Origin: Vulcanimicrobiota bacterium
GTDB taxonomy: Bacteria; Vulcanimicrobiota; Xenobia; Xenobiales; JADMJV01
DNA: 64,000 nucleotides
Direction: 5' to 3'
NCBI GenBank assembly: GCA_050250895.1
Contig: JBFWNU010000001.1
Coordinates: forward strand, 3,459,247-3,523,246
Part shown: one piece after another, positions 51,993 to 60,532 of the stretch
Numbering within the stretch: the stretch's first letter is position 1
Layout: the number at the start of each line of letters is the position of its first letter
Notes under the pieces: model-generated
The model's input: only the letters and a program-made list of their open reading frames with translations
Told to the model about the DNA's origin: nothing
The model's database searches: none
Program-made: the position numbers and the translations under genes

Positions 51993-54410
51993 CTAGCCGG
52001 CTGCATCGGCCGCTCCGGGCAGCGGCAAGCGTAGGTAGAAGACGGCTCCTTGGCCCGGTTCGGATTCGGCCGTCAGGGTGCCCCCGTGGCGGGCCACGAT
52101 CTGGTGGCTGACCGACAGACCCAGGCCGGTGCCCTCGCCCACCTCTTTGGTGGTATAGAACGGCTCGAAGATGCGTTCCAACACCTCGGGTGTCATACCC
52201 GGCCCGCGGTCGCGAACGCTGATTTGAGCGTTTTGCCGGTCGTGACTGGTGGCCACGGTGACCTGGCGCGACTCGGCCGGCAAGGTCTTGCCGGCGTCGA
52301 TGGCGTTGAGCACCAGATTGACCAGCACTTGCTGAAGGTCTTTGGGGCGGGCCATCACGGTGGGCACCGGGGCCAGCTCGGTGGTGATGGTGAAGCCGTG
52401 CTGGTCGACATGATGATGAAGGAAATCGATGGTGTCGGTGACCACCTCGACCAGGTCTACCGGCTCGTCGTCGGCGCTCTTGCGCGAATAAAACAACAGC
52501 TTGTTGATGATGTGCTGGGCCCGTTCGGTGGCCTTTAGAGCGCGCTCCAGACGCTGGTTGGCTTTGTCGGGGTTGCCTTTGGACAGCTGCGTTTGGGCGC
52601 TGGCGATCGAGACCGAGATGGCTCCCAACGGGTTGTTGAGCTCGTGGGATACACCCGCTGCCAGTTGACCAACGGCTGTCAGTTTGCTGGTCTGGATGAG
52701 CTGAGCCTGTGACTCCTCCAACTGGCGCCGAGCCTCGACCACATCCTGGAAATGGCCGGCATTGGCCAGGGCCACGGCGGCTTGATAAGCGATGGCCGAG
52801 AGCAGGTTCTCGTGCTCTTTGTTAAAACTACGGGCCGGCCCGGCCGCCAGGAGCAGGGCGCCGGTGACTTCTTGCTCGGTGCGCAGCGGCACGACGATCA
52901 GGCTTTTCATTCCCTCGATCAGGGTGGCCCCTTCGGCGTCGAGGTGGGGCTGCCCGCTGGTGAGCACCTTGCGCACCAGCACGGCGTGGGCCAGTTCGGG
53001 ACCCGGTTTGCGGTGGTCTCGCTCGGCCCAGGCAAACTGGCCGCGCGTCGTGATCAAAGCGCCCACATCGTGAGGAACCACCCGTTCCAGCAGCTCTTTG
53101 ACCGACTTCTCCAGCACCGGGATCTCCAGGCTTGAAGCCAGCTCGCGGGCGCCTTCCATCAGCAGCGCCAGCAGTTGCACACGTTCTTGCAGTTGGTAGC
53201 GGGCGGCCGTGCTCTCTTGAAAGGCCTGTTGGCGGGCTTGGCTGCGGCGGGAAGCTCCGATGGCCAGGGTGGCCTTCTCGGCTACCAGCGCCAGGCGCGC
53301 CCCCTCTTCCTTGTTGAACGGTTTTTTATCGCGTCCCACATAGAGCACTCCCTCGCGCCCCAGGGGAACGGCCAGCCAGTGGGCGTCGCGGCTGTCGGCG
53401 GGCTCGGCCAGCGTGCGGGCGGTGGCCACCCGCCCGCTCTCGAAGGCCTGACGCACCCCCGGTTCGGCCTGACCCGACGGCTCGAGCCGGCCTTCCTGGG
53501 CTAGATAGATGGCGGCCTGGTCGCAGGGCACCAGAGCCCGGATGGTCGCCAGGGCCCCTTTCACCACCTGCTCGATGGTCGGGTCTGACGCCAGTTGCTG
53601 GGCGAAACCCTCTAATAAAGCCTCGCGCTCGGCCGCGGACTGCAGCTGCACCCGGGCCCGAGAGGCCTCGGTGCGGGCCTCTTCGAGGTGGCTCTGCGAC
53701 TCGGCCAGCTTTTTGCGCGAGGCTTCGGCCTCGAGGGCCTCGACCCGAAAGATGGCGTAGTCGGCGGCCTTACAAACGCCCCACAGCAACGGCAAGGCCC
53801 ACAGCATCTGCCACTTGCTGGACTGCATCAGCGCCAGGATGGTCAGACCACCGAAGATCGGCCCCAGCCACAGCGACTGCAAGGTCAATAGCACGCCAAC
53901 CCAGGTGAGGTATTGATTGCGTTCGAGCCGCTCGGCCATCAAGCGACGCGGCCAGTACTGCCGGGCCAAAGCCATGACCACTCCGGCCGCCAGGGCTTTC
54001 GGCCACGGGTCGTCGAGACCGGCCCGCGCCAGAGCGGCCATGGCCGCGATGCCAAGAACCACCGGCATCAGTTCGAGCCAGGCCTCGAACCACTTGCAGT
54101 CACGCTGGGGCGCCACCAGCACCGTGCGCAGCAAGAGGCCTCCCAGGGCCAGCAGGACGCCCACCGCCGGGCCCAGACCGGGCGTAGCCGCAGCCGCCAG
54201 ATAAACCGCCGGAGCTGGAGAAAAGACTCCGAAGCAGGGCATGAAGACGGCCGCATTTTCGAGCAAGAGGGCGGATACGCCAAGAAACAGGAGAGACTCC
54301 GAGTCGAGGCTGCGGCTGGGCGCTCCCATGGCCACCGTGGCTATCATCACCAACAGCAGGCTCAAAGCGAGCCAGCTGCTAGCCCGGGCGATGGCAGCCG
54401 GAGGCGTCAT
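51993..54410 (-). CDS. Membrane sensor histidine kinase with tandem GAF domains
   Basis: ATG at 54410 (MTPPAAIARASSWLALSLLLV). About 8 TM helices, a coiled coil, two GAF-like regions, H-box AGVSHELNNPLG, DRGPGM, GTGLGLS. The track extension to 54812 overlaps the upstream gene. Confidence 0.82.
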   Translation of the reverse strand: MTPPAAIARASSWLALSLLLVMIATVAMGAPSRSLDSESLLFLGVSALLLENAAVFMPCFGVFSPAPAVYLAAAATPGLGPAVGVLLALGGLLLRTVLVAPQRDCKWFEAWLELMPVVLGIAAMAALARAGLDDPWPKALAAGVVMALARQYWPRRLMAERLERNQYLTWVGVLLTLQSLWLGPIFGGLTILALMQSSKWQMLWALPLLWGVCKAADYAIFRVEALEAEASRKKLAESQSHLEEARTEASRARVQLQSAAEREALLEGFAQQLASDPTIEQVVKGALATIRALVPCDQAAIYLAQEGRLEPSGQAEPGVRQAFESGRVATARTLAEPADSRDAHWLAVPLGREGVLYVGRDKKPFNKEEGARLALVAEKATLAIGASRRSQARQQAFQESTAARYQLQERVQLLALLMEGARELASSLEIPVLEKSVKELLERVVPHDVGALITTRGQFAWAERDHRKPGPELAHAVLVRKVLTSGQPHLDAEGATLIEGMKSLIVVPLRTEQEVTGALLLAAGPARSFNKEHENLLSAIAYQAAVALANAGHFQDVVEARRQLEESQAQLIQTSKLTAVGQLAAGVSHELNNPLGAISVSIASAQTQLSKGNPDKANQRLERALKATERAQHIINKLLFYSRKSADDEPVDLVEVVTDTIDFLHHHVDQHGFTITTELAPVPTVMARPKDLQQVLVNLVLNAIDAGKTLPAESRQVTVATSHDRQNAQISVRDRGPGMTPEVLERIFEPFYTTKEVGEGTGLGLSVSHQIVARHGGTLTAESEPGQGAVFYLRLPLPGAADAAG

Positions 54411-54436
54411 TGGTGGCAGTTCGCCACCAGCCCCGG

Positions 54437-55804
54437 CTAACCTGGCAGGCGTAAACGCGAAGGAATCTGCTCGAGCCGCCGCCAGTCCTGCCAGCTCTCG
54501 CGAGCGCGAATCAGCTCGACCCCGTGGCCTCCTACCAGGACCACCGCCGGCCGGGTCTGAATGAACTGCCACGATTGGGAGAAGTTGTAAGCCCCCACCC
54601 GCTTGACGACCAGTGGGTCGCCCCGCCGGACCGGCGGCAGGGGCACCCCGTGGCGCAGGATGTCGATCTGCATGCAGAGCGAGCCGAAGACCGAGGCCTC
54701 TTCCAGCATGCCACAACCTTCGAAGGCCGGCACGATGTCGTGGCGATACCAGTTGGCCGTATAGAGCAGGTTGACGCCCGCGTCGACGACCACACCGCGG
54801 CTGCCGTCGCAAAGACGTCGGTTCGAAACCACCGAGGTACCCAGATGCATGGCCTCGTCAACCAGAAACCGACCCGGCTCGAGGAATAGGGTCGGCAGTT
54901 TTTCAAAGCCCGCCGCCAACAACCGGGGGCCGATGGCCCGGGCATAGTCCTCGGCCGCTGGACAGGCGTATTCGGCCGGCAAGGGTTCGCCATGGAGCGA
55001 ATTGCCGGCCGCAAAACCGCCTCCCAGGTCGAGATCTTCGAGTTCGACCTGGTGCTGTTGGCGCAAGAGCCGGGCTAAGCCTAGAACTCGCTCGAGGGCC
55101 ATCCCATAGCGGTTGGGGTCGAGCACGTAGGTGCCGATGTGGCAGTGCAGGCCACGCAAGCGAAGATAGGGCGAGCCCACGATCCGGCGGGCGGCCTCCA
55201 GAGCCTGGCCGCTCTCGAGGTTGAGGCCAAAGCGGTCCCAGGGGACAGCGTCCAGGCGCACGTTCACGCGCAGGCCGACCGGCAGCCGTTGGCCGACTTG
55301 ACGGGCCACTTCTTCAGCCAGAGCGATCTCTTCGAGCGAATCGAGGTTGACCCGGGCCCCCTCCAGGAAAGCGCGCCTGAGCTCGTCGGCCCGTTTGAGC
55401 GGGCCGTTGAAGAGGATGTGGGCGCCCTTCACCCCGTTGGCCCGGGCCAGGGCGTACTCCGTGCCCGAGACCACTTCGGCCCAGGCGCCTTCGCTGTGCA
55501 GCACCGAACAAAGGGCGCCCAGGTAATTGGTCTTGTAGGAAAAGGCGATCACCGTGCGCGGATAGTGCAGCTCGAAGGCCCGGGCCAGCCTGCGATACTG
55601 CTGGCGCAGGGTGGATTCCGAGACCATCCACAAAGGCGAGCCGAACTCGTCCATCATGCCCCTGATTTCATGACCGTCGAGATGAGTGAAGGGGGCGGCG
55701 GTCCGCATGGGACCGTAGGGGTTCATCCGACCCACGGCGTGGCGGATGATGGCCGGCCTTTGATAGGGCCGGCGCTGGTCTACCTGAACATCAGACTGCA
55801 GCAC
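54437..55804 (-). CDS. PLP-dependent decarboxylase (Orn/DAP/Arg decarboxylase fold-type III family)
   Basis: AFSYKTN (PLP-Lys region), HCHIGT, DLGGGF, LEPGRFLV. 455 aa. Confidence 0.82.
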   Translation of the reverse strand: MLQSDVQVDQRRPYQRPAIIRHAVGRMNPYGPMRTAAPFTHLDGHEIRGMMDEFGSPLWMVSESTLRQQYRRLARAFELHYPRTVIAFSYKTNYLGALCSVLHSEGAWAEVVSGTEYALARANGVKGAHILFNGPLKRADELRRAFLEGARVNLDSLEEIALAEEVARQVGQRLPVGLRVNVRLDAVPWDRFGLNLESGQALEAARRIVGSPYLRLRGLHCHIGTYVLDPNRYGMALERVLGLARLLRQQHQVELEDLDLGGGFAAGNSLHGEPLPAEYACPAAEDYARAIGPRLLAAGFEKLPTLFLEPGRFLVDEAMHLGTSVVSNRRLCDGSRGVVVDAGVNLLYTANWYRHDIVPAFEGCGMLEEASVFGSLCMQIDILRHGVPLPPVRRGDPLVVKRVGAYNFSQSWQFIQTRPAVVLVGGHGVELIRARESWQDWRRLEQIPSRLRLPG

Positions 55805-56837
55805 GGATCAGTTCTCCTTTCATGGCTAAACTCTCGAGGTCGCTCACATCGCCCACCACATCCAGAGCGTGGCGCACGAAGAACTTTCCGGTCTGATAGT
55901 CGAGGCGGGGCGGCGGCTCGTTTCCCAGCAACTCTTGCAGCGCCAGGGCCGGCAGGTTGAGGCCGGCCCCGGCCGACAGATAGATCCAGGACGGAAAGCG
56001 AGGGTTGATTTCGAGCAGATAGAAGCGGTCGCTGGCGCTATCGAGCAGAAACTCGAACTCGACGGGCCCCACCCAGGCCAACTTCTCCATCAGCCGCCGA
56101 GCCTTGCCCAACAGTCCCTGGTGGCTTACCGTGATGGCAGCCCAGGCGGTGCCTTTGGCCGTGATTCTCAGCTTGCGCATGGCCACCCAACCCAGCGGTA
56201 GGCCCGCTCGTGAGCCGACGGCCGCCACGTCGTATTCCTCGCCGCAAAGATGTTCTTGCACCAGCAAAGGCAGCCCCCACTCGCGCCGGGTTTGTTCGAA
56301 CCAGACGGCCGCCTCGCCCGGGTGGTGGGCCACCCGGGCCCCGTGAAAGACGCCCTTCACCACCACCGGCCAGCCCCAGGCGTGACCCATTTCGACCACC
56401 TCTTGAGGGCTGTGGACCACCCGGGTGCGAGGGTGCAGAAAGCCATGCTCGCGGCAGAACTCGGCCAGATGCAGCTTGGATCGCAGCTTGAGCACCCGGG
56501 GGCTGGGCAAAAGCGTGCGCACCCCCATCTCGGCGAGCCGGCCGGCCAGGCGGGCATAGCCCATCAGCTCCGAGTCGAGGTTGGGCACCAGGGCTTGGAA
56601 GGGGCGTCGCTCCAGGATGTGGCCGAGGCGCTCGAGCAGAACCTGCTCGCCTTCAAACGGATAGGGCACTAGATAGGTTTCATCGAGCAGACCGGGGCTA
56701 TGCACGCAGGTGTCCAGGGCGTCATAGGCCAGGCCCACGAAACGATGCTCCCCGGCCTCGCGCAGGCAACGCACCACGGCCATGCCCGGAGCGGGGTTAT
56801 CGGTGGCGTTGAGTCCGGTGACGGCTACGGTCGTCAT
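55791..56837 (-). CDS. ATP-grasp ligase
   Basis: WPVVVKGVFHG, LVQEHLCGEEYDV, LLEINPRFP(SW) are ATP-grasp fold motifs. It overlaps both neighbours (14 nt and 4 nt). Confidence 0.8.
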   Translation of the reverse strand: MTTVAVTGLNATDNPAPGMAVVRCLREAGEHRFVGLAYDALDTCVHSPGLLDETYLVPYPFEGEQVLLERLGHILERRPFQALVPNLDSELMGYARLAGRLAEMGVRTLLPSPRVLKLRSKLHLAEFCREHGFLHPRTRVVHSPQEVVEMGHAWGWPVVVKGVFHGARVAHHPGEAAVWFEQTRREWGLPLLVQEHLCGEEYDVAAVGSRAGLPLGWVAMRKLRITAKGTAWAAITVSHQGLLGKARRLMEKLAWVGPVEFEFLLDSASDRFYLLEINPRFPSWIYLSAGAGLNLPALALQELLGNEPPPRLDYQTGKFFVRHALDVVGDVSDLESLAMKGELIRAAV

Positions 56838-57103
56838 TGTAGGGCCGCCAATCCGAGCTGGCCAGCCTGCAACAGAAACTCATACACGTCCACCTGAGCC
56901 TGTTCGGGCTCCACTTCAAACTCGCCGGCCAGCCTCACCGCCATTTCGCCTGGCTCAAGCCCTTCCCGCAGGCGCTGCAACAGAAAGGCTGCCGACTCGT
57001 TGAGCCCAAAGGTCTGCCCTGAGGTGGGACAAAAGACGAAGCTGCCGGGCTCGGCCGAAGCCGCGAAAGGGCTGGGACGGTAGGGGATGGGACTGGTCTT
57101 CAT
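56834..57103 (-). CDS. PqqD-family (RRE-like) small protein
   Basis: 89 aa: FVFCPTSGQTFGLNESAAFLLQRLREGLEPGEMAVRLAGEFEVEPEQAQVDVYEFLLQAGQLGL, matching the PqqD pattern. 4-nt overlaps on both sides. Confidence 0.72.
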   Translation of the reverse strand: MKTSPIPYRPSPFAASAEPGSFVFCPTSGQTFGLNESAAFLLQRLREGLEPGEMAVRLAGEFEVEPEQAQVDVYEFLLQAGQLGLAALQ

Positions 57104-58842
57104 TGGAGTTCTCCGATCTCACCGCTGCGGTAGAGCAGCATGTCGTCCATGTGGTAGCCGTAGCGGGGGCAGAACTGGCAGCCCTCGAGCTGGCAATCCT
57201 TTTTGAGTACTTTGCGGCCCCACAGGGCGACTTCGTACGTGCCGCCGTGATAGGCCGAGGTCGAGAAAGTCTCGCGAAAAGACCCGCTCTTGAGCGAGCG
57301 CACCAGGTGGCGTCCGTCGCGCACGGCATCGCGGGCGTTGACGGGATACATGGACACGCCCACATAGGCTCGCCGGGGAGTTTGCCCGGTGATCTCGAGC
57401 AAGCGGCCGGCCGAGACCACCAGCGTCGGGTCGGGGGAGGGGCTGGCACTGCTACTCAAAGCGGCGCTCAGCATCAGCGCCAAGAGGCTGGCCGCGAACA
57501 AAGTCTTGATCGTCATGACACTCCTTGGTGGGGCTTGACTCACCAGGCTTCCCTGGCGGGGGACAGGGCCGGCCGGGCCGACCTGGTTCTGGAAGGGACG
57601 AAAGTGAGCGGCCACGGTATGGCCACCGAGCACAGGTTGGCTCTGCAGTTGAAGATGCAGATGCGGTTCGCAAGAATAGCCCGAGTTGCCGCACTCACCG
57701 AGCAGTTGACCGCGACCAACCCGCTGCCCCGGACGAACCACCACCGAGCCCTGGCGAAAATGGCTCAACTCGCTATAGTAGCTGCCGTGGCGCAGGATGA
57801 CGTAGTTTCCCCAGTTGTGCTCGGTCTGGGGTTGACCCGGAGGGTTGTCGGGCAGGCTGTTCTCGACCGCCACCACCACTCCGCCCGCCGGTGCGAAGAC
57901 GGCGCGCCCCCAGCAGTAGTAGTCTTCCAGTCGCTCGCCTTGTTCGCGAAAGCTGCGGCCCTGGCCGTCGAGCACGATGAAGTCCCAGGCGTGACGCCAG
58001 GGTCCCTGGTGAGTCCAATCGCCGTCGGCGCCCTGACTGACGTACCACCAGCCCCGAAAGGGAAGGCTCAGACAGGGCTTGCGCAGTCGCCAGGCCTGGG
58101 CCACCAGCACCACGAACACGAAAGGCGCCACCAGCGTGCGCAGGCCGAAAAGCTCGAGGCTGGCCCGGGTCAGCAGAAGGGTCAGGCCGCTGCCGAGTGC
58201 GGCCGGCGCCAGTCCTTCCCAGAGGCTAGGCGCAAAGACCGCGCCCAGAGCAACAGCCGTCAAGGCGGCGTTGAAAGCCACCACCGGCGAGTCGGTGAAG
58301 AGCAGTCCTAGTCCGCCTCCCACAGCGGCCAGCAGGGCCTGATAAGGGCGCTGCCAGAGCAGGGCGGCCCCAACCAAAAGCCCGGCCAGATCGTGGGGCG
58401 TGAAGACCACTGCCCCCAACCAGCCCAGCAGCGAAGGGTGCCCCTCGACGGCCGGCCCGCTCACCAGGGCCCAGCCGCACAGCAGGAAAGGCAGACTCAG
58501 CACCGGCAACTCGCCCAGGGCCAGGCTCAGCTGGTCGACCAGCCAGGCGCTGACCAGAGCGCAGCCGACCGCCACCGGCAGGCCCAGCCAGAGCGGCCAG
58601 CTCAGCCACCCCACCAACAAGCCGGTCAGGGCTCCGTTGCAACCATAGAGCCCGTCTTCGACCCCCCGCCGGCCTCGCATTCCCCACAGGGTCGCCACCA
58701 CTGCCCCCAGCAGGCCGAACAGTCCCAGGGCGGGGTCGAGCAGGCTGGCCAGCAACACCAGCCCACCGCTCACCGGCTTCGAGCAAAAGAAGATTTGTCC
58801 GTAGCCGGCGAGAACCGAGGGCAGAAGCTTACGTATAGGCAA
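57100..58842 (-). CDS. Fusion protein: urea-transporter-like membrane domain, M23 metallopeptidase domain and a C-terminal Cys-containing domain
   Basis: UT-like N-terminus (AGYGQIFFCSKPVSGGLVLLASLL plus about 9 TM helices). M23 motifs (HNWGNYVILRHGSYYSELSHF, GNSGYSCEPHLHLQL). TTG start at 58842, so the start is uncertain. See the finding on the in-frame internal start at 57516. Confidence 0.72.
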   Translation of the reverse strand: MPIRKLLPSVLAGYGQIFFCSKPVSGGLVLLASLLDPALGLFGLLGAVVATLWGMRGRRGVEDGLYGCNGALTGLLVGWLSWPLWLGLPVAVGCALVSAWLVDQLSLALGELPVLSLPFLLCGWALVSGPAVEGHPSLLGWLGAVVFTPHDLAGLLVGAALLWQRPYQALLAAVGGGLGLLFTDSPVVAFNAALTAVALGAVFAPSLWEGLAPAALGSGLTLLLTRASLELFGLRTLVAPFVFVVLVAQAWRLRKPCLSLPFRGWWYVSQGADGDWTHQGPWRHAWDFIVLDGQGRSFREQGERLEDYYCWGRAVFAPAGGVVVAVENSLPDNPPGQPQTEHNWGNYVILRHGSYYSELSHFRQGSVVVRPGQRVGRGQLLGECGNSGYSCEPHLHLQLQSQPVLGGHTVAAHFRPFQNQVGPAGPVPRQGSLVSQAPPRSVMTIKTLFAASLLALMLSAALSSSASPSPDPTLVVSAGRLLEITGQTPRRAYVGVSMYPVNARDAVRDGRHLVRSLKSGSFRETFSTSAYHGGTYEVALWGRKVLKKDCQLEGCQFCPRYGYHMDDMLLYRSGEIGELQ

Positions 58843-58885
58843 TTTGCACCTCCAGATCCCCAGTCTAGACGGCGCTTGCGTGAAA

Positions 58886-59407
58886 ATGTCTGCTAAGTGT
58901 GTCGAAAACGTACCTCAGCGCATCTGCATCCTCGGCTGCAGCGGCGCCGGCAAATCGACCCTGGCCCGCCGCCTGGGCCGCGACCTCGAACTGCCGGTGG
59001 TCCACTCCGACCAGCTCTTCTGGCGCCCCGGCTGGACCCCGTCACCGATGGAGGAGTTCGAAGCGCGGATGCTGGCAGAGGTCGAAAAGCCGGCCTGGAT
59101 CTTCGACGGCAACTATGCCGGCACACTGGGCTTGAGGCTACGCCGGGCCCAGCTGGTCATCTGGCTCGACTACCCCGGCTGGCTGTGCCTTTATCGTGTG
59201 CTCAAGCGCATCTGGCAATCGCGCGGCCAGGTGCGCCCCGACATGGGCCCGGGCTGCCCCGAGCGCCTGGACTGGTCCTTCCTCTGGTTCGTCCTCACCT
59301 TTCGCCACTACGAGCGCCCCAAACTGGTCCAGGCCCTCGAGGGCTGGCAGGGCCGCCTCATCCACCTCACCCGCCCGCCGGCGGCGGGCTTCCGGCTCGA
59401 GGTCTAG
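58886..59407 (+). CDS. P-loop NTPase, adenylate-kinase/topology-modulation (FlaR)-like
   Basis: RICILGCSGAGKSTLARRLG P-loop, then VVHSDQLFWRPGWTP and VIWLDYP. ATG at 58886 is preferred over the TTG at 58844. Confidence 0.75.
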   Translation: MSAKCVENVPQRICILGCSGAGKSTLARRLGRDLELPVVHSDQLFWRPGWTPSPMEEFEARMLAEVEKPAWIFDGNYAGTLGLRLRRAQLVIWLDYPGWLCLYRVLKRIWQSRGQVRPDMGPGCPERLDWSFLWFVLTFRHYERPKLVQALEGWQGRLIHLTRPPAAGFRLEV

Positions 59408-59409
59408 CT

Positions 59410-60178
59410 CTGGTGCCGGGCTTGGCTAGGAGTAAGGCACGTGACAGCGCCGAATTCGGGCCTGGCCGGGCTTGGCTAGGAGTACGGCACGTGACAGCGC
59501 CGAATTCGGGCCTGGCCGGGCTTGGCTAGGAGTACGGCACGTGGCAGCGCCGAATTCGGCACCTGGTGGCGCCGTACCGCGCCTGGCCGGGCTTGGCTAG
59601 GAGTACGGCACGTGGCAGCGCCGAATTCGGCACCTGGTGGCGCCGTACCGGGCCTGGCCCGGCTTGGCTAGGAGTACGGCACGTGGCAGCGCCGAATTCG
59701 GCACCTGGTGGCGCCGTAACCCGGGCTGGCCGGGCGTGGCTAGGAGTACGGCACGTGGCAGCGCCGAATTCGGCACCTGGTGGCGCCGTACCCGGGCTGG
59801 CCCGGCTTGGCTAGGAGTACGGCACGTGGCAGCGCCGAATTCGGCACCTGGTGGCGCCGTACCCGGGCTGGCCCGGCTTGGCTAGGAGTACGGCACGTGG
59901 CAGCGCCGAATTCGGCACCTGGTGGCGCCGTACCGCGCCTGGCCGGGCTTGGCTAGGAGTACGGCACGTGGCAGCGCCGAATTCGGCACCTGGTGGCGCC
60001 GTACCGGGCCTGGCCCGGCTTGGCTAGGAGTACGGCACGTGGCAGCGCCGTACCGGGCCTGGCCGGGCGTGGCTAGGAGTACGGCACGTGGCAGCGCCGT
60101 ACCGGGCCAGGCGGGCGTGGCTAGGAGTACGGCACGTGGCAGCGCCGAATTCGGCACCTGGTGGCGCCGTACCGGGCT
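59410..60178. repeat. Intergenic tandem repeat array, 12 copies (units of 48-50 bp and 70-73 bp)
   Basis: The GGCTAGGAGTA anchor occurs at 59424, 59474, 59524, 59595, 59666, 59739, 59809, 59880, 59951, 60022, 60071 and 60119. Long unit: GGCTAGGAGTACGGCACGTGGCAGCGCCGAATTCGGCACCTGGTGGCGCCGTACCGGGCCTGGCCCGGCTT. It contains the palindrome GCCGAATTCGGC and inverted GTACGGC/GCCGTAC arms. Confidence 0.92.
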
Positions 60179-60262
60179 AGGCGCGACCCATCGCGGCGAA
60201 GCCGCCCAAAGTTACGACGCGAAGCGTCGAGTACCTCAAAAACTCGAGGTGAGCCAAAGCGA

Positions 60263-60512
60263 ACCTCGCTCCTTCCTCCCGAGCGCAGCGAGGGCTCCTT
60301 TCTCCCGAAGGGGCTCCCTTCTCCCGAAGGGCTCCTTCCTCCCGAGCGCAGCGAGGGCTCCTCTCTCCCGAAGGGCTCCTTCCTCCCGAGCGCAGCGAGG
60401 GCTCCTTTCTCCCGAAGGGGCTCCTTTCTCCCGAAGGCCTCCTTCCTCCCAAGCGCAACGAGGGCTCCTCTCTCCCGAGCCCAGCGAGGGCTCCCCGAAG
60501 GGCTCTCCAACA
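60263..60512. repeat. Short-unit tandem repeat (about 18- and 26-bp units, about 11 copies)
   Basis: Alternating units GCTCCTT(T/C)CTCCCGAAGG and GCTCCTTCCTCCCGAGCGCAGCGAGG lie between the previous array and the ATG at 60533. Confidence 0.88.
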
Positions 60513-60532
60513 CCGGCCTGGAAACAGCCTCG

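Noticed and set aside
59410-60178. Possible CRISPR array, because of regularly spaced direct repeats with palindromic cores
   Set aside because: The whole period is repeated and there are no unique spacers between repeats. Units come in two slippage-related length classes. No cas genes are in the window. This is a tandem repeat, not a CRISPR array.
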